A stretch of 64,000 nucleotides of DNA, taken from Marsupella aquatica (lineage: Eukaryota > Plantae > Marchantiophyta). Within the stretch, counting starts at the first letter, position 1. Every line of letters starts with the position of its first letter. The stretch spans positions 31,565,112-31,629,111 of the forward strand of contig OZ316891.1 of the NCBI GenBank assembly GCA_973895155.1. The letters are read 5' to 3'. Below are positions 57,546-64,000 of this stretch, piece after piece. Position numbers and translations under genes: made by a program. The notes beneath the pieces were generated by a model. The model did not search any database, was not told where the DNA came from, and saw only the letters and a program-made list of their open reading frames with translations.

Positions 57546-58044
57546 AATGTGTGGCTGCGGTTCATTGTCCTCTTCTGATTCCACTGTGTCATAAAAAGCA
57601 TCAAGGTCTTCAAAAATCTCTTGAACCATTCTTGGGACATCCATCCCACCGTCCTTAGTGATTGCCTCTGCATCTCCATCTTGGTCATCCACGTTCTCAT
57701 GTTGGACCCCAGGACCATCCTCTGCACAGTCTATGTCCTGCTCTACGTAGTCTCTACGCCTAGCTGTATTAGAATCCATAAAGTCAGCTCTCCACTCTTC
57801 ATCAGAGGAGTCTTCTTCTGCTGGTACATTCCAAACCCTCCACCGAGGGTGCCTTTCATGCCGCAGCAGGTGAAGGTGCACAGACAATGTTCAAACTCAA
57901 CGACTTGAATCCTTGGCACTGTGTGCATGGGCATCTCATCCTCCTACTCCTACCTTGGGCGGCCCGGGCTTGTTCACGCATCCACAATTTAGAATCATGA
58001 TGCCTAATCCTAAATGGGTTGTGAAGAGGCAACCTTGGAGCCAT
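57546..58044 (-). pseudogene. Outer CACTA TnpD N-terminus (transposase-associated domain)
   Basis: MRCPCTQC...VHLHLLRH..WRVW..DSSDEEW; frameshift near 57885; ATG at 58044. Confidence 0.8.
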
Positions 58045-58368
58045 CACTATACACACGCACTCAGCACCCTGTCATTTTATTATGCAAGTGAAAAATACAC
58101 TTCCTGTTAAGGATTTCACCCCCGACTGTACTTGCCAAAATACGTAGCATAACGTTCCAAAAAAACAAAAAAACAAAAAATATAGGTGCCTGAGTCATGT
58201 ACCTGTTCTCAAGTGAATGAGACAAAATTCCTAAATGTTTGAGGGTGTCAACTCCTCCGCTGTCCTCACATGTACTGCCTCTGCACGTACATCCATGACC
58301 ATATCAGAGTCCAATCATGTATAGTCATAGTCACAGGTGCGAGACCGGTGTGAGATGTCCTCATCTTA

Positions 58369-58842
58369 CTACCACATCAAATACGGATACCAATCCTGTT
58401 GTCGATGCCACTCAGCCCTGAGGTACTCAGGCATGTACATTAAGTCATCAAGGTCTAAACCCTGCTCATGCCATGGTGGTCTTCGATCCGTGCCTACAAG
58501 CAGTGGCAGCAGTGCCTTCCATGGTGCACATGTTGCTACCAAGTCCCTCCATTGGGTACTAATTAGTCTATATTTGCAAATATCTTGTGCGCTAGACACC
58601 ACAAGAACCCTCGGCCAGACATGTGTAAGAAATATATCATCTGCCAAATCAGGCAACAAGGAACCACCTATAGCATCGTGCTTGTCTAACTCATCTGCTG
58701 AAAAGTAAATGTCCTCTTCGGATTGTGCATCCTCATTCACCACAGCATTCACAACACATCCAAGGTCTACAGGCATTATCTCGGATGGAGCTACACTCTG
58801 TCTGGTTACCAATCCACACAAGTAAGCCCAAGCAGTAGCCAT
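58369..58842 (-). CDS. Small F-box-like protein
   Basis: SLLPDLADDIFLTHVWPRV....ICKYRLISTQWRDLV resembles the LIPGLPDD..LRxVSxxWRxLV F-box type; ATG at 58842 in ORF 58369-58938. Confidence 0.55.
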   Translation of the reverse strand: MATAWAYLCGLVTRQSVAPSEIMPVDLGCVVNAVVNEDAQSEEDIYFSADELDKHDAIGGSLLPDLADDIFLTHVWPRVLVVSSAQDICKYRLISTQWRDLVATCAPWKALLPLLVGTDRRPPWHEQGLDLDDLMYMPEYLRAEWHRQQDWYPYLMW

Positions 58843-59078
58843 GCATGATGCAACCCGTAGGAGGACCCTACATAGGGCCTGACGGTCTGGAAGAGGCAAC
58901 ATACCCACCAAAGTCTTTAGCCAAACAGAGCCCAGCAAGTAGATTCACAGTCACACCCCACGCAGCAAGAAACAACAATCACTTCAACCCCGACCAACCA
59001 TGACAAGATGAGTTAGTTCAAGGATCACATTTATTACAAAATTGTGATTTATACAAAAATATGAGGGACTCCTACTCC

Positions 59079-59927
59079 TCACTCTCTCCCACCTTTGCTA
59101 AGCATACATCTCCGCTGAATCTTGGAGGGCCAGGCCTCAAAAATATCAAAGTCCCAAGCATTCTGTCGCTTCCCTCTAGCTGCTGATTCCAGAAGCCAAT
59201 CAGGGGAAAGCACCCAAAGATTGTTGTTCATGACAAAATGACGCACTATTGTCTTAAAGAATTTTCTGCATATTTTCATGTATGACAGACCTACAACATG
59301 AGTGGAGGTTTCTGTTAGACTCTCCTCCACTGTCCCACCTAGCTCAACAACTATGGACTTGTACAGTCTGCACTTAGTCTCCCCAATTCCTTCTTCTGCA
59401 AATACCACACTGAACCCCTTCATAATGGTATTTCTCTCCTTGCCATGCTCATTCAATATAGCATCTGCACGCATAGGATGGTGTCCTATGTTGACAACAG
59501 GTCCATATTGGACAGAAGCAAAGTTGGGTTTCTCTGCCGCTACTTCATAGGCTTCCTTTTCAGCCAAAGCCTCTGCAGTGGCCTCCTCACTCTCCCACAA
59601 CTCATATTGCTCAGTACTCTGTACACACCTATGTTTAACAGAATCGGTCAGCCAAGAGACTTCAACTACTTTTAGACCTTGGTTGGTAATGGCAGAATCA
59701 ATGAAGGACCATGACCACTTGTTCATCACATCTAGCCATGTCCCCGCAACAACATGTGTAGTCTGTGGAGTGATGTCCTTGACTTCAGTCCCATGGAACT
59801 CTGAGAATCGTTTTTGTACGATTGGCCAACTCACTTGGGTGAACCCATAGTGGCCAGGAATCAAAATGGCTTTGATTCCAGCCAACAGAGGCGGGTGGTC
59901 AACCTTTGTACGTTTCCTAGAGGCCAT
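59079..59927 (-). CDS. Tandem BRCT-domain protein
   Basis: Two repeats: GIKAIL..HGTEV..TTHVV..VVEVSWLTDSV and KGFSVVF..LGGTV..STHVV..VLSPDWLLESA; basic N-terminus MASRKRTK. Confidence 0.8.
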   Translation of the reverse strand: MASRKRTKVDHPPLLAGIKAILIPGHYGFTQVSWPIVQKRFSEFHGTEVKDITPQTTHVVAGTWLDVMNKWSWSFIDSAITNQGLKVVEVSWLTDSVKHRCVQSTEQYELWESEEATAEALAEKEAYEVAAEKPNFASVQYGPVVNIGHHPMRADAILNEHGKERNTIMKGFSVVFAEEGIGETKCRLYKSIVVELGGTVEESLTETSTHVVGLSYMKICRKFFKTIVRHFVMNNNLWVLSPDWLLESAARGKRQNAWDFDIFEAWPSKIQRRCMLSKGGRE

Positions 59928-60525
59928 GTACACACGGGCCACCTAATCACTGCAGACCGGAAGATAATGCGTTCACCTGATAATCGAAGGGCCCTTAAAA
60001 TGCTGCGTTTATAACTTGGTCCAGTCCAGTCGTCTGGTGAGTCTCTGCTCCGATTCCAAACGGGAGAAATATTGGGACAAATGTACTAGACACCTGCAAG
60101 CATGCACCTCATAGTTTGAACATGTGCCTTCACAATATTGAAGGTGACAAGTGCAATTGTTTTGTGATGCCACATACAGATGTTGTAAATGGGCAGACAT
60201 TCAATGAGAATACAAAATGTTGGTACACTTTAAGGGAATTCTCGCAAATTAAATAGCCTTGTAACTTATATGCTCATAATGAGAAGTCCTGATTTAATTT
60301 AAGCAGTGTCATGTAAGTCGTGATCAAAATGATTGCAGAGTTAAAAAAGTTCCTAGAAGGCTTAAGGGGAGTTTTTGAAGGCATGTACCCAGGAACAAGT
60401 AATGAACTTAGGGTACTTGTTGCCTAAGCATCCTCTCCTACATAGGTCCTTCTTCTCAAAATTGGAATGTCTGCAATCTCCAAGGTATCCACATCAGGTG
60501 CACTATGCATGTACATTATTCAGGT

Positions 60526-61206
60526 TCAAAGCCAAGAAATGTGATCTCTCATGGGAGTGTGCAAAGTAGGATCTATGGCATGGCGATGACAATAGAAGAT
60601 CCATCGATCAACACCATGTGTAGAGTGATGATAGATGTGTCTGTCACAAGCATAGCCTTTTGCTTGACGCTCCTTCAAACAATGAAAGTGCCACATGGTG
60701 GGACACCTAACACAATGGACTATGTCCACCCATAAATCTTCATCATGCTGACCACATGCCTTGCACTTATGAAGTGGGCAAGCTGTGGCAAGATCGGGCA
60801 AACATGAAAAACAAAAGAACCTCACACAATATCTGTCAGGGCATTTCCTAACAAGTGGTGGAGCATCAACAGAGCCCTCATAAGACCCCAACTTCCCACA
60901 CTGTGCACACTTAGCCTGCTTCTCCAAACAATCAGTGCACATCCAGCCTCCTTGGTGTGCTGACGGGAGGCCCACCCCTGGACAGTTGTTTTCTGCAGCA
61001 AGGTCAGACTCCGGGTTGAGGTGGAAATGCCTCATGCAAGGGCCCTCACATATGGCTAAGCCCCCACCATCGTCACAAATGGCACAACAATGAGCTGCCT
61101 TCTGGAAAATCTGACTTGCAAAGAAGTTACTACCATCTGGCCCAACTACACCTATGTTGCTCACCTCTGTCCCCCGCTTCTTGGCTCGGATTTTAGGGCG
61201 TGCCAT
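60526..61206 (-). CDS. Stand-alone EDM2-like composite PHD-finger protein
   Basis: CAICDDGG..CEGPCMRHFH..CTDC..CAQCGKLGS..CPLHKCKAC..CVRCPTMWHFHCL..FYCHRHAIDPTLHTPMRDHISW, matching the recalled EDM2 PHD block ending IYCxxHEIDxxLxTPxRDH; basic N-terminus. Confidence 0.82.
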   Translation of the reverse strand: MARPKIRAKKRGTEVSNIGVVGPDGSNFFASQIFQKAAHCCAICDDGGGLAICEGPCMRHFHLNPESDLAAENNCPGVGLPSAHQGGWMCTDCLEKQAKCAQCGKLGSYEGSVDAPPLVRKCPDRYCVRFFCFSCLPDLATACPLHKCKACGQHDEDLWVDIVHCVRCPTMWHFHCLKERQAKGYACDRHIYHHSTHGVDRWIFYCHRHAIDPTLHTPMRDHISWL

Positions 61207-61872
61207 GCCTACGCATGAGACAGATAGTACAATTTAGCAGAGTGCACGACAATACAATTTACCAGTGTACAAAAAGTACAGTGTAGCATATAGACTAGAG
61301 TGGCAATTGCTACTGCAATGAAATGTTCACACACATGTGCAGAGTAGACATACTTTTTGGTTTGTTGAGCCCACACTAAAAACTGATCCCCTCGTACAAT
61401 AGCTCCACCTACACCTCAATTTTGTGGCTATGATTCACCAAAGGAGATCTGCAACAAGATTTAATGCATTTGAATCACATATAACAGTCGTGACATGTAA
61501 AACAGGCATTTTTTGAACAGGATTGGTATCAAGCAGTGTGATCAGGGTTGTAATTTATACATCCTAAATAGGCTATGATAGTGAATGAGACAAATAAGTT
61601 ATGCATAAATCACTTTTTCCAGGTTATCACATGGCCCATTAATTCCAGTCTTTGAAAGGAGACTTTTAAGTGAGCTTGCTAGCCTCTTAAATTAGGATAT
61701 TGTACTTAGTGCAACCATAATAGGATAAGTTATGTACTGTTGACCCTAAACCCTGGACCCAAAATTGCTCATAATTCAAAATCTTAAGTAAATATCCTCT
61801 CTGTTCAAGTCAAAGTGTTAAGTTATAGGTCAATGGTCTCTGGTCTGTGCATGCGGTGTCACAAGTGGTCCT

Positions 61873-62322
61873 CTAGAGCGTGTGATCCAAACATGTGTAG
61901 ACACCAAAATGACTGGTGCTGGGGTCTGGGAGGGCAGGACAAGTGACATCGCCAGGCACACTACAGGATGGCGAGTGGTTCCAGATGATACATTGTGCTC
62001 TGTGAAAAAACCGACATCCAAGAGAACGGTCATCCAACTCTAGGCCAGAAGCCCTACAGGCAGGACAGTCATATTGGCAACTGTGCACACACCCTTGGGC
62101 CCTAATTTGTGGCGGGTCATGTACAAGAGACAGAAATACCAAGGATGTTGGGAAGGGTGGAGAAGCAGGTATAGGGCGGCTGTAGTTGTTCCTGGCAACA
62201 ACTGGGTACTCAAAGTACCATGCAGACTGGGCTGGAAGGATCCCAAGTCTGACATACTCAAGGCGCAACATCTCTGCCTTGCGTGCAAGCCGCACATGTT
62301 CAGCATTGCGGGTCCTCACCAT
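61873..62322 (-). CDS. Cys/His-rich orphan ORF
   Basis: 149 aa with ATG; GCVHSCQYDCPAC and GCRFFHRAQC..HSPSC clusters; co-oriented with neighbouring ORFs. Confidence 0.4.
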   Translation of the reverse strand: MVRTRNAEHVRLARKAEMLRLEYVRLGILPAQSAWYFEYPVVARNNYSRPIPASPPFPTSLVFLSLVHDPPQIRAQGCVHSCQYDCPACRASGLELDDRSLGCRFFHRAQCIIWNHSPSCSVPGDVTCPALPDPSTSHFGVYTCLDHTL

Positions 62323-64000
62323 AAGTGTTGCTTTTGTGGAGATGTCGTGTGTTCACGTCCTCTGATAAGCACCTTCGATCAACAAGGTGAGCAGGAGCTG
62401 TACTTGCCTCACCAACAGCAACCAACCTTAAATTATCAGTTCCCACTCACTGTGTCATTCCATTGGTTCCAGCTAGGGGTCACAGTGTAAACATAGCATG
62501 AAACACTCCTAATCAACTTGCTTACAAACTACAATATCTAGAAAGAGTGAAAGTCTCACCCTCCAGTGAGCAGTAGAGAGGTAGTTCACTGGATGTGTTG
62601 ATGTGTAGTTAAACCTCCACTATTGCTTACTTCCGGTGTATGCTGCTCAGAAGAAGACATATTAGTAGCAGCAAATTGCAAATAATGGCCATAAGCAAAC
62701 CGTGAGAGTTTGCAGAATGCTACGACAACTATTCATCCATCACAGCAGTGCTCCACAGGAATGAAACCAAGCAAAATTTGGTGACCTCGGCCAATGACAA
62801 AGCCAATGTAGTGAACAATCCTTGACCGATCAGGATATGGATTGGAATTACAATTAGTCAGCTCTTCTTCTTTGTTTTCTAACTCTGGGGAAATGAGCAT
62901 GACCAGGGAATTCTCTGAGAAATAGAAGTGCACAGGGAAAATGAAATTGGCTCATTCAGCTGCGCAAGATGGACCATTGCAGCATACTTGGACAGTTGTT
63001 CCGCAATACATAAAATACCCTAACTTACATGCAATCGATACAATCTGCTTCTGTTGGCTATCCTACAGCTCACGGCAGTGCCGTTGGGATAGGGTAAGTG
63101 AATATTGCCATAGCTGAAGCACATTGAGCTTGCAGCATTAAGTGAAGGAGCATGGCCAAAAGCAGAAAAGACAGATAGGTTTTACAAGAAGAAACTAACA
63201 ACCGCCAATCTGCTCAAATCCGCTGCATAGATCAAACCCTCCGAACTACACAGCCCTCTTTTGAAAACAATCCAATGTGCTTTGGCTGGTGGAGGACAAG
63301 GACTGGGAGAAGAGGAAACGTCTACACAATCAATCCAAATGACGGGACACAAAGACCAGGCACAGAGAGGATTTGTGCTTAGACAAAAACCACAAATTGT
63401 AGCATGGGCGCCATAGCATTCTAGACAAAGCACAAAACATAGAATCTATGAATCTATGACTCATGGACTAACAAAATGCTTGGGTAGCATGGCAAAAGGA
63501 AAGACAAATTTCAAAATGACAACATGGCCCGTTTCCGCCATTCATTTGATGTTGCTAGGTGTCCGTAAGATGACTGACCCACAGACAATCCCGACAACCT
63601 CATCTGACAGACTGCTTTTCTAGTGTGAAGAAATACATGATTACAAGCAACACCACGCCTCATCCAAGCAGGGAATTGAAAACATAACCATGTCATTCCT
63701 GTATTGGACAGTGTCCTCTACCATTGCACTGCATAGTTGTTATTCCATGTTGGTTGTCAACAGTTTGTTGGCTTGCCATAGCCTAGATAGAACAATAAAA
63801 TACTATACATGAATACAACAAGAAAAATCTGCATACAGCGATGGCCCGGTCACTTGAGGAAAAACCAAAACTAAGAAGGCAGGCACATGGGCAACCGAGA
63901 AAAAAAGCTAGTGGCGCCTCGCGGAGAATCCAGAATGGTAATGCCCTTGCCCAGAAGCTTGGGAAACAAAAGAGAAAAAAGCAAAAACGAGCTACCGACC

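Larger units (their letters stand above)
25149..64000 (-). mobile_element. Large defective CACTA (En/Spm) transposon; far terminus not in window
   Basis: CACTAGTAGAAA at 25149 preceded by ATT, subterminal GTCCTTTATAG(G/A)ACT-type repeats; TnpA- and TnpD-like genes on minus strand; extent beyond ~58.1 kb is inferred. Confidence 0.8.

Noticed and set aside
63616-63913. TTTTCTAGTG (~63616-63625) and GCTAGTG (~63907-63913) as the far end of the outer CACTA
   Set aside because: Neither matches the TIR CACTAGTAGAAA beyond 6 nt nor is followed by the expected ATT TSD
62400-64000. Short ORFs near the window end
   Set aside because: No recognisable motifs; likely leader, intron or captured fragments

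Overview
Eukaryotic land-plant DNA, most consistent with a moss (inferred from the PLS-DYW PPR gene and the retrotransposon types). The window is almost entirely transposon-derived around one intact host-like gene, a PLS-class PPR-DYW RNA-editing factor (10357-13629). Left part: the 3' end of a Bianca-like Ty1/copia element, decayed SWIM-finger and possible tyrosine-recombinase genes, an RPA1-C-like/F-box-like insert, and decayed Ty3/gypsy pieces including a solo LTR with TSD. From 25149 to beyond the window end lies a large defective CACTA element. Three younger elements with exact termini and TSDs are nested in it: an intact Ty3/gypsy with apparently identical 3144-bp LTRs (27601-40051), a second CACTA (43434-53443) carrying a captured PTST1-like exon, and a PIF/Harbinger-type element (55106-57545) carrying an RPA1-like OB-fold gene. 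The most interesting candidate system lies upstream of the outer CACTA transposase: four co-oriented, uninterrupted ORFs encoding an EDM2-like PHD module, a tandem BRCT protein, an F-box-like protein and a Cys/His-rich orphan. That they lie inside the element is inferred, because its far terminus is outside the window. Family assignments come from motif recognition, not database searches.
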